Below are positions 1 through 13,621 of a DNA stretch of 64,000 nucleotides, one piece after another. Both the position numbers and the translations under genes were made by a program. The stretch is from the NCBI GenBank assembly GCA_951406725.2, contig OX597831.1, positions 34,906,001-34,970,000 of the forward strand, in the 5' to 3' direction. Numbering within the stretch: the first letter of the stretch is position 1; every line of letters starts with the position of its first letter. This stretch comes from Octopus vulgaris. Its lineage: Eukaryota. Under the pieces are notes generated by a model, which had not been told where the DNA came from, did not search any database, and was given only the letters and a program-made list of their open reading frames with translations.

Positions 1-810
1 TATGGGCAGAATATGGATCTTGTCCAGGTAGTCATTGATTTAACCAAGGCCTTTGATGCTGTGAATAGAGTCTTGCTATGGAAAATACTTGGCAAACTTG
101 GATGTTCAGATCACTTTGTATCTATAATTAAATAATCTCAGATGGGATGGAGACTTGAGTCGATGTTGGTAGAGGCATGGCGGGACCCATTCCTGTAGAG
201 AATGGTGTCAAGCAAGGTGACATCCTTGCCCCAGTTCTCTTTTCTTTGTACTTTGCTGCTGCTTTTACTCATGCTTTTGCTATGGTTAGCTTTCTGGGAA
301 TATATGTCAGGTATTGATCTTCTGACCACTTCTTTAATCTGTGCTGATTTGCTGCCAGTTCAAAAGTTTTCCAGTCTCTTATTCATGACCTCCTTTATGC
401 AGATGACAGTGACTTAGTCCCTCATACATTGGATGATATGCAAATACTTAAGAATCATATTTCTGCTTCTTGCAAAACACTTGGACTCAGCATTAGCCTG
501 GACAAGACTGTTGTAATGTTCCAGCCTGCACCAGGAAATCCATATGTGGAACCAGCTATCTTAGTTGAAGGAACAATACTGAAAGTGGTAGGCAAGTTTG
601 TCTACCTGGGCAGCACACTCAGCCGTTCTTTCTCCCTGGATGATGAAATATCTTTCAGGCTGCAGAGAGCAACTGATTCCTTCTGGTCACTTCAGTCTTG
701 CGTCTGGTCCCAGTACGACATCAAAAGACAAGCAAAAATTGCTGTGTACCGTACTTGTGTACTGACATTGCTCCTTTACTTATGTGAGACATGGACCCTT
801 TACAAGCATC
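1..810 (+). mobile_element. Decayed RTE-clade LINE fragment (reverse transcriptase and thumb region)
   Basis: Translates to DLTKAFDAVNRVLLWKILGKLG, GVKQGDILAP and LLYADD in shifting frames. ORF 429-866 contains GLSISLDKT, KFVYLGS and K..VYRTCVLTLLLYLCETW, typical of RTE ORF2. Contains stops and frameshifts. Confidence 0.88.
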
Positions 811-1304
811 ATATATGTATGTGTGTATATATGTGTGCAAAGCACATTATGACCAGTGATATATAACATCTGATAGTCCAGTCGATCATGTGATATACAT
901 ACATGTGTGTGTGTACATGTGTATTTGTATTTTTGCATATATAGATGTATATATGTGTGTGTTTTGGATATAAGAATTTATTAATCAGAGTGGTTTAAAA
1001 TCTTTTAGAAAAGCAGTTTTGTAAATTTTGAAAATAAAGTAAAAGTATAGCTCATGTCGGGCAGTTTGATCCTTTCTCTGTTTTTAATACCCTAAATATA
1101 GCATAAAATACTATTGGCCCAGTCATATTTATAAGGGTTTCAGTTTTGTTACTTCACCTTTTTTTCAACATGCCAGGGACTGGTAATATTTCTTAATAAT
1201 ATTAATTTATACCGGAAACAATATATATCATGAATATAATAAAAGTTGACAATTTTCTATAATGTTTCTTTCTTTTCTGGAAACTCGCCATGTACCAGCA
1301 AGTG

Positions 1305-1355
1305 ATGGCTCATGGACCGGCACCAGTCCGCAGGCCACCACTTTGAGTAGTGCTG
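1305..1355. mobile_element. hAT-Charlie-like DNA transposon terminus
   Basis: ggaccggcaccagtccgcaggccaccactttgagtagtgctg is the reverse complement of a CAG..CTACTCAAAGTG-type terminal inverted repeat. No partner end was found. Confidence 0.45.
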
Positions 1356-3334
1356 CTTTGATCAAGCTAACATTCATGGTGCTGCTTGCAATTAGAAATT
1401 TAACATACAACAGTCAAAAGCCAAATACTGGGTCAGTGGTGTAATCATCAAGGTAGTGGGTCTTGACAGGTTTTCATGTAGCACCTTCTACAATCTGGAG
1501 TATTTGGTTGGAGAATGCCCCCCCTTCCCCTGGAGCTTATCAGTCGTGTTTTGGCTATCTGTCAGCACCTTGTAGGTATTGTTTATTCTTATACTGTAAA
1601 CATATTTGCTGAGAACTGGTCGTGATTGCAGTAGTGATGCCTGGAAACAAAATACCTTTACTGCAATTTTACTAATCCCATATAACAGTATTAAATAAAC
1701 CAAGATTAGATCTCAACACTAACTTTTCTATAATTGTTTCCTTGCATTGCCATACAGCCAAGCACTTTACAACAAACTAATAAGGGAAGCTATTCAGACA
1801 CCTGACCTACTAGAAATAGCAGCAAATCTCTCCAAAATAGCAATGATTTACATTTTTAAAAATTGGAAGAACATATTGGTTAATGTAATCATAAATAGAC
1901 TGTCTAAAAAGATAGAATAGCCATAGCTTAAATGATAGTTCCTTCTTTAATCATAACTCAGATCAATCAGGGCTGACCAGATGCTAAACAACAACAATTC
2001 ACCATATAAAAACACATGTATTGCCTTGACTTTTAAGAACCAGTGCTTATCTCTGCTTTCTTGGCATGAAGCTAATGAGAAATAAATGGTAAACTTTCCC
2101 AGCAATAGGACACTAGTCTACAGCAGAGAATATTTCCCTGATAATTTCTTATTAATTCTTGACAGCTGGATGAATGCAACAAAATAATCAATAAAAATAA
2201 CACTTAAACTTCTCCAGCATCCGATTGATTTGAGCCCTGTGTGACCAGCACAAAGATTTTTGCATGTCAACCAGTGTGACATAGCTCATAGAGGAGCAGG
2301 GGATGTGACCTACCCCACCCCACAGCCGCAATTTTCAAAATTGGTGCCTTTTCAACAATTAGGAAATGAACTAAAAAAGTAGTTTGGTATAGGTTTTTTT
2401 TACATGCATGCTTGTTCCCATTACACCTTATGTTGACTCACACATTCTGTGAACACTATCTGGATGGGGTGGGGGTTGCCAAACCAATCCCAGGACAAAT
2501 CAGAGGGCATTAGTGCTACTGATTGTAGGTCCTAAACTTAGCATTCAATCGTTGGTTTATTTCCTTGTTCTTCAGCACCACCACCACCACCACCACCATC
2601 ATCGTCATCATCATCAATGACATCTCTATTTTATCATGTTGGCCTGACCTTATTGTTAACTGTCTATATATCTGCTGGCATTATAACATATAAAATTATA
2701 GCAGTTTATTAAAAGTTCAGTTGTAAAACAAAAAAAAAAAAGAAATGCATCATTTTCCACCCTTTCAACCTTAATCTGTTGACCTTGCTTGTCATAAATA
2801 TTGCCTGAAGTTTCCTCTTTTCCCTTTTCATGTATTTTTGTATTCTTATTCATTATTATTATTGCTGTTGTTGTTATCATTATTAAACATATATATGTTA
2901 TAATGTCTGCATGTGGTGGTAGCTGCAGGGAAAGGTTATTAGTTCAGACTCTGTTCAAGCATTACTTCATGACTCCATAGTAGAGCTTATGTTATTAATC
3001 TATTTTAAGGGTTGGCAACAGATGGACTGTTGAAGTATCGAGGTACTCTTCTGTAGGTCCAAAACCTTTTTGAAATTCTTTTTCCTCAAATTCAATCCTT
3101 TTGACTCCAACCTGCTTAACACTACCTCTGGTTCTGTGTCTCAAACTTTTTTTGTTTTTGACCTCTTTTTGATAGTTATTTTACTGAATTCTTCATGGTT
3201 TTCAAAATTAATTGAAAGAAGAGCAATGTATTTCAAGAGAAATATGGTAACGAAAGGCTTTAGTCTAGTATCAACCAATCTGGTACAGCTTCTGGTTCGG
3301 TGACACAACCTTCTTGTTTTCAACTTAATTATTC

Positions 3335-3560
3335 TTATTTCTTTATTGCCCACAAGGGGCTAAACATAGACGGGACAAACAAAGGTATTAAGTCGATTGC
3401 ATCAACTCCAGTGCATAACTGGTTCTTAATTTATCGACCCCAAAAGAATGAAAGGCAAAGTCGACCTCGGCGGAATTTGAACTCAGAACGTAACGGCAAA
3501 CGAAATACCACTAAGCATTTCGCCTGGCATGCTAACATTTCTACCAGCTCACTGCCTTTT
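3335..3560 (-). mobile_element. tRNA-derived SINE family B (head aggcggcgagctggcagaa; tail ccccttgtggg...aaagaaat)
   Basis: Closely similar minus-strand copies at 17765-18003 and 50108-50338; related copies at 17200-17350, 28140-28322 and 37495-37637. Carries a B-box-like gagttcaaattcc. Confidence 0.85.
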
Positions 3561-3584
3561 TCAGAATTAATTTTCAGTTTAATT

Positions 3585-4250
3585 ATTCTTTTATTCTTTT
3601 ACTTGTTTCAGTCATTCGACTGTAGCCACGCTGGCGCACCGAATTGATCTATTGGTCTTTTTGCTGATTGGCTAAGTTACAGACATAAACACACCAACAC
3701 TGGTTGTCAAGCAGTGATGGAGGTGGGGACAAATACAGAGACCAATGACACACACTCATAGATACACACATACACACACACACTCACACACATATATGTA
3801 CATAACTGGCTTCTCTCAGTTTCTGTCTACCAAATCCACTCTTGAGGCTTTGGTCAGCTTGAGGTTATAGTAGACATGGTTCTGGGTTCAGTCCCACTGC
3901 GTGGCATCTTGGGCAAGTGTCTTCTGCTATAGTCTCGGGCCGACCAATGCCTTGTGAGTGGATTTGGTAGACAGAAACTGAAAGAAGCCTGTCGTATATA
4001 TGTATATATATGTATGCATGTGTATGTATATGTTTGTGTGTCTGTGTTTGTCCCTCTAGCATTGCTTGACAACCGATGCTGGTGTGTTTATATCCCCGTC
4101 ACTTAGCGGTTCGGCAAAAGAGACCAATAGAATAAGTACTGGGCTTACAAAGAATAAGTCCCCGGGTCGATTTGCTCGACTAAAGGCAGTGCTCCAGCAC
4201 GGCTGCAGTCAAATGACTGAAACAAGTAAAAGAGTAAAAGAGAGTAAAGA
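3585..4250. mobile_element. Two SINE family A copies joined head-to-head (minus 3585-3872, plus 3873-4250)
   Basis: Family A has a tRNA-like head, a CORE-like ccttgggcaagt motif, an internal (TA/TG)n tract and a 3' end ...gtcaaatgactgaaacaagtaaaaga. Confidence 0.85.
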
Positions 4251-4534
4251 GTAATGGCAAAATATTTCATCAGAAATATGGTAACAAAAGGATTAATGTG
4301 TTCAGCAAATTTTGGGAACAATGAGGGATTTGAAAGAATTTCATAAAACAACAGAACACTCCGTTGTTATTAAAATGGTGGGTGTAACATGAGTGTTTTT
4401 ACTTAAAATTGGTGTGAGGAAGTTTTAATTTGAATATGGACATTTTAAAAACAGAACCATAACTAATTTCAAGTGGGTCGGTGATGATGATGATGTGTGC
4501 ACGCGTGTGTATGTGTATGTTTTGGGCAAAGAGA

Positions 4535-4850
4535 TGTGACTTAGTGGTTAGGGGTCTTCCGCTCATGATCATAAGATCATGAATTTGATTCCTAGCAGTA
4601 TGTTGTGTCCTTGAGCAAGATACTTTATTTAACATTGCTGCAGTTCGCTCAGCTGACGAAAATGATTTGTACCTTTAATTGAAAGGGGTTGGCCTTGTCG
4701 TATTCTGTGTCATGCTTGATCACTCTGAGAACAACATTAAGGGTTGGTATATGTGAGGAGTAATCAGCCACTTGCATGTTAATTTCACGAGCAGGTTGTT
4801 CCATTGATTGGATCAGCTGGAGCCCTTGTCATCATAACCGGCAGAGTGCC
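4535..4850 (+). mobile_element. tRNA-derived SINE family D (gtgtccttgagcaagacactttatttcac core)
   Basis: A-box-like tgacttagtggtta. Related copies at 7870-8125, 12870-13160(-), 20940-21275, 34635-34930, 41313-41648(-), 42790-43121(-), 43545-43825(-) and 61200-61395(-). Confidence 0.75.
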
Positions 4851-5328
4851 AGTGTTTGTGTGTGTGTGGGATCATCTTTGCATCCATTTATTTTCCCTAT
4901 GCTGGCATAGGTTGGATGTTTGCGCCAATGTAAATACTTTTGGCGGTTAAGTCCAAAGCAAAGATCATACAGCTTGTTAAGGATCTTTCTTATGTATTCT
5001 GTCATATTATTACAGTTTCCTTATTATCGTTAAATGTCATGTTTACGGGTGCCAATAATTGCCTTTTTGTTTTGTCCAATTTGTGATACTGTGTGTGAAA
5101 GAGAGAGAGACAAACAAAGAGACAACCATCAAAGGAAAGATATAAAAATAGAAAACAAAAGAAATGTTTAGTTGAAGAATGTAAGAAATCCGACAATATT
5201 CTCTTGAGTATGTACTACATCTAAGTTGTAATCTTAACTGTATCCTGTAGTTATAACAAAACAAACAGTTGACCTAACACACTGTCTGGTCTAACACCAC
5301 CATCCATCTTAAGGTGGTTGTGGTCAGA

Positions 5329-5546
5329 CTAACCCACTGTTTCATCTATGTAACAGAGGCAGTTTTTTTAATGAGAGTTAATATTTCTCTTCACTTAAAT
5401 GTGGATGGTCTGCTAGAACAAACTACACTGCAGTAGATACCACGAGAGAATATGAGAGTTTTTTTTCACAGTATCTACTGCAGTATAGATTTTTTCTAAC
5501 ATAATATCCACGTCCCATGAACCCTAGTGACTCAGAATGGGGTTAA
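5329..5546. mobile_element. Old piggyBac-like MITE with an internal ~40-bp inverted repeat
   Basis: Ends taaCCC...GGGttaa. Arms at 5401-5440 and 5471-5511 (ctacactgcagtagatac / gtatctactgcagtatag). Confidence 0.5.
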
Positions 5547-6139
5547 TATTTAAGAACTGTTGCAGGCGTGGCTGTGTGGTTAAGAAGCTCTTGTTTTGCA
5601 ATCTTGTAGTCTTGGATTCAGTCCCATTGTGTGGCACCTTGGTCAAGTGTTTTCTACTCTAGCTTTGAACTGAGTGGATTTGGTCGAGGGGAAACTGAAA
5701 GAAGACCATTGTATATATAACTATATGTATCTGTATGGTGGTTGTAAATGAACATCCTGAACATCATGCTATCAGTGTCTCTCATTTCCAGTCATTGTGA
5801 AAAACATGCCTGGTCGTGGAGAAATACTGCTCTGCTGGGAAACAGGTGAGAGTTGGTGACAGGAAGAGCATCCAGCTGTTGAAGATTTGCCTCAGTAAAT
5901 CTTGTCTGACGCATGTGGGCTTGGAATATTGAACATTAGATTTTGTGGATGTTAATGAAATCTATAGTTTTTATGGACAAAATAGGTCAGGCCAAGAAAA
6001 TATTGGGGCAGGTCCTTATAGATGTTATCACATCACACACACACACACACACGCAGCATGAGACTGGTAGATGATGGTGGTGAGGTACTGTATTATATAG
6101 CCTTCATTCAGCTCCTTACTAGCATTGGATTAAAATGTT

Positions 6140-6372
6140 GAGGATGATGATGGTAATGATGATAGCGATGATAATGATAGCAATGACGATGGTAATGGTA
6201 ATGATAGCAATGATGATGGATGGCGATGATAGCAATGATAGCAACAATGATGATCATGGCAATAATAATGATGATGATATGATGGCAGTGGTAATAATGA
6301 TGATGATGATAATAGTGATGATAGCAATAATAATGAAGACGACAACGGCAATAACAAAGACAATGATATTGC
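6140..6372. repeat. Degenerate (GAT/AAT/GCA)n trinucleotide microsatellite
   Basis: Direct reading. It produces the spurious Met-, His- and Ser-rich ORFs. Confidence 0.9.
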
Positions 6373-7099
6373 AATATCAGTCATGTGATTCTATCTCTGA
6401 TGTCTACAAAGAAACAAGATGATGTATATTTCAATTGAATTCTTTTTTTTTTTATGCCTCCCCCCTCCCCCCCATCTAATATCTTGCCTTTTGCCTTTTT
6501 GCATTATCATGAATAATCAGATTCTAAACTGTTGCTCTTATGATAAAACTTTGGCTAAAATGGTTTCTGCTTCTTCAGAAGTTTTTTCTTTTGGTTTTTG
6601 TTATATTCTGTCATGTTTTTTCTTTTCTTTTTTCTTTTTTGTTCTTTTTCTTTCTTCTTCCTCCTCCATTTTCTCTCCTCTTTTTTATTGTTGATTAATG
6701 AGTACATTTCACTAATAAATAAACTTAAACATTCTGATATGAATTTTCTGGCAGGTAATCAATACAAACAAAAGGAACTCCTTCCCAACTGAAAACATTC
6801 TACACACACACACACACAACTACAATGTATGTGTATTGTGTGTGTGCTATATGTATATATATTTTCTCACACGTGAGAAGAGGGTGTGATTTTTTTTTTT
6901 TTTCCAAAAGCATTTCATTTCCAATTGAGATTTTTTTTTTTCTTCTTCCCCAGAAACCGTCTGAATTGGAAAATTCTTTGGCATTGCATTAAATAGTTTT
7001 ATGGCAATAGTGACAGTGGTGAGAGTGGAAACTCTTTTAAGATCATCGTCGTCATCGTCATCATCATGATTATTGTTTAGGCAGCATTCTGGCTGAATC

Positions 7100-8495
7100 A
7101 TTATCAAGTCGGACAAAATGTTTCACAGCATTTCTTTTTGCGTTGTTACATTCTGAGTTCAAACTCAGCATGGTCAACCTTGCCTTTCTCTCTTTCAGGA
7201 TTGATAAACAAAGTACCAGTTGAGCACGTGGGGGGCGGTTTGTCACTGTATTTGACTGTCACCTTGCCCTCAAAGTTTGAAACCATTATTACTATGGAGT
7301 TCAAATTCTACTGAGGTCGACTCTGCCTTTCATCCTTTCCGGGTTGATAAATTAAGTACCAGTTGAGTACTGGGGTCGATGTAATCGACTAGTACCCTCC
7401 TACTCCCAATTTCAGGCCTTGTGCCTTCAGTAGAAAGGATTATTATTATTGTTATTAAGGCGCCGAGCTGGCAGAATTATTAGCACACTGGGCAAAGTGC
7501 CTAGCGGTATTTCGTCTGCCTTGACATTCTGAGTTCAAATTCCATCAAGGTCGACTTTGCTTTTCATCCTTTCGGGGTCAATGAAATAACTACCTGTTAC
7601 ACACTGGGGTTGTTGTAACTGACTAGCCCCCTTCCCCAAAAATTTTCAAGGCCTTATGCCTAGAGTAGAAGTAATAATAATAATCATTATTATTATTATT
7701 ATTATTATTATTGAGAAATTCCAATGAGGTTGACTTTGTCTTTCATCCTTTCAGAGTCAATAAATTAAGTACCTCTGAAACACTGGGGTCAATATAATTG
7801 ACTAGTCCCCTTCTCCCAAATTTCAGGCCTTGTGCCTTTAGTAGAAAAGATTATTATTATTATCATTGAGGGTGCATGGCTTAGTGGTTAGGGTGTTTCA
7901 CTCGTGATCACGAGATCATGGTTTCAATTCCTAGACCGGGTGGTGCATTGTGCTTTGAAGCAAACCGCTTTATCTTGCGTTGCTCTCCAATTACTTTGAC
8001 ACCTGATGCATGAGAGTGAGCCAATGTGCGGCACAAACATTTGATCATTATTATAAAATCATCTGTGCACGTTGCTCAGAAAAAAATGAACGCACATATA
8101 TCATCTTCGTTGAGAGGGTCCATCATCTTTGTTGTTGTTGTTGTTATTCAAATTCCTCGAAGGTTGACTTTACCTTTTATCCTTTCAGGGTTGATAAACT
8201 AGGTACCAGTGAAACATTGGTGTTGACATAATTGACTAGGCCTCACTCCCAAATTTTAGGCCTTGTGCCTATAGTAGAAACGATTATTATTATTATTATT
8301 ATTATGAAAGGCAACAATCTTTCAGAATCCTTCTTTTGACTCATTACTTTCTGGGTTCAAATTCTACCGGCTTCAACTTCATCCTTTCTGGGTTGATAAA
8401 ATTAGTACCTGTTGCATACTAAGGCTAATGTAATTGATTCTTCCCCTCCCCTTAAAATTGAGGCCTTTGTGCCTATACTAGAAAGGTTTATTAGT
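7100..8495 (+). mobile_element. Head-to-tail cluster of about six SINE family B copies with (ATT)n tails, plus one family D insert
   Basis: Repeated ttcaaattc..gaggtcgactttgcctttcatcctttc..gataaattaagtacc..tttcaggccttgtgcct..agtagaaa units separated by attatt tracts. Confidence 0.85.
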
Positions 8496-8530
8496 TATTA
8501 GTGATTAGCTTCAGCTCAGTTCCTTACTAA

Positions 8531-8684
8531 GCATGGTTGTGTGGTAAGAAGCTTGCTTACCAACCACATGGTTCTGGGTTCAGTCCCACCGTATGGCACC
8601 TTGGGCAAATGTCTTCTGCTATAGCTTCAGGCCGACCAAAGCCTTGTGAGTGGATTTGGTAGATGGAAACTGAAAGAAGCCTAT

Positions 8685-8727
<43 letters not shown>

Positions 8728-8968
8728 GTATGTATATATTTGTGTGCATGTGTCTTTGTGTCTGGTTTGTCTGCTGCCTCCACTACCACCACCATCTCTT
8801 CACAACTGATGTTGGAATGTTTACATCCCCATAACTTAGCAGTTCAGCAAAAGAGACCAATAGAATAAGTACCAGGCTTACAAAGAATAAGTACTGGGAT
8901 CATTTTCTTCAACTAAAAGGTGGTGCTCCAACATGGCCACAGTCAAATGACTGAAACAAGTAAAAGAA
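8531..8968 (+). mobile_element. SINE family A, near full length
   Basis: Same structure as other family A copies. Further copies at 12249-12672, 13783-14148, 14169-14542, 29088-29510(-), 39860-40136(-), 45785-46178, 48705-49075, 49160-49315(-) and 61577-61935. Confidence 0.9.
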
Positions 8969-11509
8969 TATATACATATGTAAGTATGTATGTCTGTATG
9001 TATATGAGACTATATCATCAAATGTGTTTTTCCCTTTCTTTAGACAATTGGGCATTATTTGAGGGAGATTTGTCTGTTTTGTTTAGCAAGTTAACCAGGT
9101 GCACAGAGGCTTTCTCGTGGACTTGTTATATTTGTAATTGTGCTGGGAGAAGCAACAGTGGCAACAAGAGATCTTTTTAGATCTTTGACATTAACTTCTC
9201 ATTTGTATAAACCAATAACAAATAATTTGATGGATTTTATTTGTTTAGTTTATTTTATGTAGTTATTCGTTTATTTATTTATTTATTTATTATCTTTTGT
9301 GGTTGATGACAAAATCCCAAATCTCCAAATGCAATATCTGAGATGAAATGCCTCATTGGTGCAGTTCTGCATTCATAATGTCAGTGCTGCTGCACTTTAT
9401 TTTGGCATCAAAAAGATTTTCGTAAAACAAAGAATACAGAACAAAACAAAATGCCATTCTTAAGTGCTGCTTATTAAAAAAAATGTGCTTTCTTTCTTGT
9501 TGGTTGCTTTCATATAAATGTAAATAAATATATATATATATATATAATATATATATATTATATATAGTGTTAATGTCTTGTTTATAGGAATTTTTGTGGT
9601 TAAGTATTTCACTTAAGTTAGCTGACTATTTGCTGATTAGCTGGTTGGCTGGTATAATGGTGATATAATTGGTTGGGTATGAACGAGTTAGTTGTGCCAG
9701 TTTAATTCTCACCTGGCCTTCTACTATTTATATGATCTCCTCAGACATGTCTATGTATACAGGAATGGCTCTGTGGTTAAGAAGTCTGCTTTTACATCCA
9801 TGTTATTTCAGGTTTCGTCCAATTGCATGGCACCTCAGGTTGGCCAATGCCTTTTGGGTGAAATCAGGTAGATGCAATGTGTGCAGAAATATGCATGTGT
9901 ATGCATGCATTTTTTTTTTTTCGCTTCCATTGGTTTATGCATTGAAATGGTTTATGGGATGTAGGAGTGGGGGCCAGTCAGAATGACTAAATATGAGCTG
10001 TTGTTCCTCTCGGGATCAGCCTTGATCCAGTAGAATTATGTTCAAAGATATTATGTAGTTTAGATGCTGGAGATTTGGCACAGCTGACTGGACATTGAAT
10101 CTATTTTGGCTATAGTACTTTTTGGCACTGGGGGCAAACAAATCATGCACAGAAACATACACATACAAATAGAGTGAGTGAAGGAGACAGAGTGAGACTA
10201 CATTTTATTAATTGAACACAAGCGACATTAACACTCTCCCTCTCCTCATACATATAAAGAGAAATGTACTCAGATGTATAAACAGAGAGAGAAAGACAGT
10301 GAGAAACATTGAGACGTCTGATGTGAAATCAGCATCGACTCAGTGATGCCAAATAAACAGAACCGTAACAGCTGTGCCAGAATGTCTCATTCCTATTTAT
10401 TAATACATCAGCTAGCTCAACTCCTGCTACAGAGCTGTACTCCAATAGTGTTGATACTCTGTCAGTGCTATTTGTTATCATGACAGCAAACTGCTGCTGC
10501 TCTTGTTGCTACTGAGCTATCCCAGACAGATCTACTGGAGCAAGCACATGACACAGAATCAGCCAATGAATCACTGAAGAATGACCCACATGTCTAGTAC
10601 TCAGGTTGTGCAAAGAAAGGAGCGAAAGTTGTAAACAGTTGGAACAAGAACTGTAACTAAAGAAAGAATAGATTGTAATGGAGCATGCAGAGCTTCAGAA
10701 GGCAGGCGGAGGAGAGGAAAGAAAAACAAACAAATGATGCTTCCAAGGTAGATTGGTAGACTGTGACCTTACAGGTACCAGGTATCATATGAGAGAGCAG
10801 ATGACATATCATGTGAATGATACAAGATTCAGAAACAATGTTCAACTGTTTGTCTGCCACTTGTGTTTTTATGGTATGTCATAGTTAGAATTTCATCTTC
10901 ATGTTATGCACAAAACATATTTAAGTTAAAACATTGACTAACAGAGTAGAGTTAGTCTGTTGCTGACGGCAGCAGGTAACAACACCGTGAAGTTAGTGAT
11001 ACATTTAGCTTGAAGATGAGTGCGTGCATATGTGTATGTAGCTATAAAGCTTGTGCAGTGTTCGTTACATTCTGAGTTCAAATCCTGCCAGGGTCAAGTT
11101 TGCCTTTCATCCTTTCAAGGTCGCTAGAATAAGTACCAGCTGAGCACTGGGGATCAATGTAATTGACTCCCTCCCACCTAAAATTTCAGGCCTTGTGCTT
11201 ATATTAGAAAGATTCATGCATTTCTTGTTCGTATTAGTAATTACTAGTGAGGTACACTTCTACAGCTGGGCACCGAAACATGCTTATGGAATTTGTTTTG
11301 GCTCTTTGTTGCTACCGTTTTGTACCATTTGATAATTCATTGAACCCTCTGAAAAAAAAAGAGAGAGAGAAAATCAAGAATGTCAATAACAGCATTATTA
11401 CCCTCATCATCACCATCATTGGACTGTGGACTGAGAAAAGCCGAGATGTTTGTGTTAACTAATTAATTCATAGAACACACAATACATCTCTTATTTCTTG
11501 CTATCACTC

Positions 11510-11537
11510 TGTGTGTGTGTATGTATGTATGTGTCTG

Positions 11538-11621
<84 letters not shown>

Positions 11622-11894
11622 ACACACACCACACATAAATATCTCTTTTAGCATATTTTTCTTACACACTTTCATTTTATATATACTTGACATGTGTGTT
11701 TCTTGCACACATGTACATGGCGGTTTCTGGTACACATGCACAAATGCACACACTCACCCACCCACTTTCACTCTCTCTCTCTCTCTTACGCGCACACACA
11801 CACACACACACACACACATATGCAAACTCTTTTACTTTGTATATGATTCACACAGACACCCATACACTCACTTCTACTCCCTATCTCCCCTACT

Positions 11895-11935
<41 letters not shown>
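11510..11935. repeat. Compound (TA)n/(CA)n microsatellite block
   Basis: Direct reading. Confidence 0.9.
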
Positions 11936-11938
<3 letters not shown>

Positions 11939-12408
11939 CACTATCCTTCAGGCTAATTGTTTATAGTAAATTCTAGTTTGTTTTGTATCATGTTACTGTG
12001 ATATATTGCCAGGAATAATTTACACACAGACATGTACACACACTCAGAGGTACACGTATCTACGAATTATATATTCATGAGACATGTTTATGGTGCATGT
12101 AAATATAAGTATAAGCAAGTGTCTATGTAAATATGTATGTGAATGCATTCATGCATGTGTGCGTGTGTGTGTTTCTGTATTGTGAATTTGACATCTTTTA
12201 TATTACTTCAAGTTTCTTTCTGGGGAAGCTATTTCCAAATAGTAAACACAGGCATGGCTGTACGGTAAGAAGCATTTGCTTCCCAACCACATGGTTCCGG
12301 GTTCAGTCCCCGCTGCATGGCACCTTGGGCAAATGTCTTCTACTATAGTCTCAGGCCAACTAAAGCCTTGTGAGTGGATTTGGCAGTCAGAAACTGAAAG
12401 AAGCCCAT

Positions 12409-12471
<63 letters not shown>

Positions 12472-13579
12472 GTATATTTGTCTGTGTTTGTCCCCCACCA
12501 TCACCACCATTGCTTGACAACTAATTTTGGTGTGTTTACGTCCCCGTAACTTAGCGGCTCACAGAAGAGACTGATAAAATAAGTGCTGGGGTTGATTTCT
12601 TTGACTAAAAACCTTTTAAGGCGCTGCTCCAGCATGGCCACAGTCAAACAACTAAAACGAGCAACAGAGTAAACGAATATGCCAATGAAGAAATGATTTA
12701 AAGCATTTCTTTTTTTGATTGCCTCTTCATCAAGAAGCTTGAAGAAATGGAAAAGAGTCAATGCCTTGTAGGGACAACCTGAAGATTGCGTGAAGGCACC
12801 ATTCATGTTAAAAATGCTGTCTGAGATGTTTTCATTGCATGAAACTATTAGCTCATAAAAATAGAAAGGTTAAAGACCCCCTTTGTCATCTACAAAGTTT
12901 CCCCTCTGAGGCACTAGTCCAGACAAGGTTGTTTATGGAAGACCAGCAGTCACCCATGTGTAACAGCCTCCCCGCTCCACACCACCGATGTTTCAAGGGA
13001 AAGGTAAAGGGGCCAATACAGTTTGGCATCAGTGACATCACAACTCACTTCCACAGCTGAGTGAACTGAAGCAATGTGAAAACAAAGTGTCTTGCTCAAG
13101 AACATGACACACAGTCTGGTCTGAGAATTGAACTCACTGCCTCATGGTTGTGAGCCTGATATTATACTGTATGTTAATTGAATAATATTTATCTCTCACT
13201 TCTTTTGTTGATCTTACCATCACTGGACAGTAATATATATTTATTTAAAGTGTGTGCTACTGTTTCTGTTTGTATATTTGGAAGATAGAAACTTCCTGGA
13301 AGCCTCCTGTCGCATATGTGTGTGTTTGTATGTTTGTATCTTTGTGCTTGTTTCCCCCCCCCCTCTCCACTGCTTCTCAACCGGTTTTGGTTTGTTTACA
13401 TCACCTTCAAGTTAGTGTTTCAACAAAAGAGATTGGTAGAATAAGTGCTAAACTCTTGAAATACTTTCTAGGTTGATTTGTTCAACTAAATGCTTGAAGG
13501 TGGTACCCCCCTACCCCGCACTTCATTTCTGCAGCCCACTTGACCAATTGACTGAAGCAAGTAAAAGATAATAAATATA

Positions 13580-13621
<42 letters not shown>

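Noticed and set aside
6108-6422. His-, Ser- and Met-rich ORFs
   Set aside because: Trinucleotide microsatellite artefacts.
6954-7018. Cryptic 65-nt exon with a strong acceptor and GTGAGA donor
   Set aside because: No PRP17 similarity, and such sites arise by chance in long introns; there is no further support.
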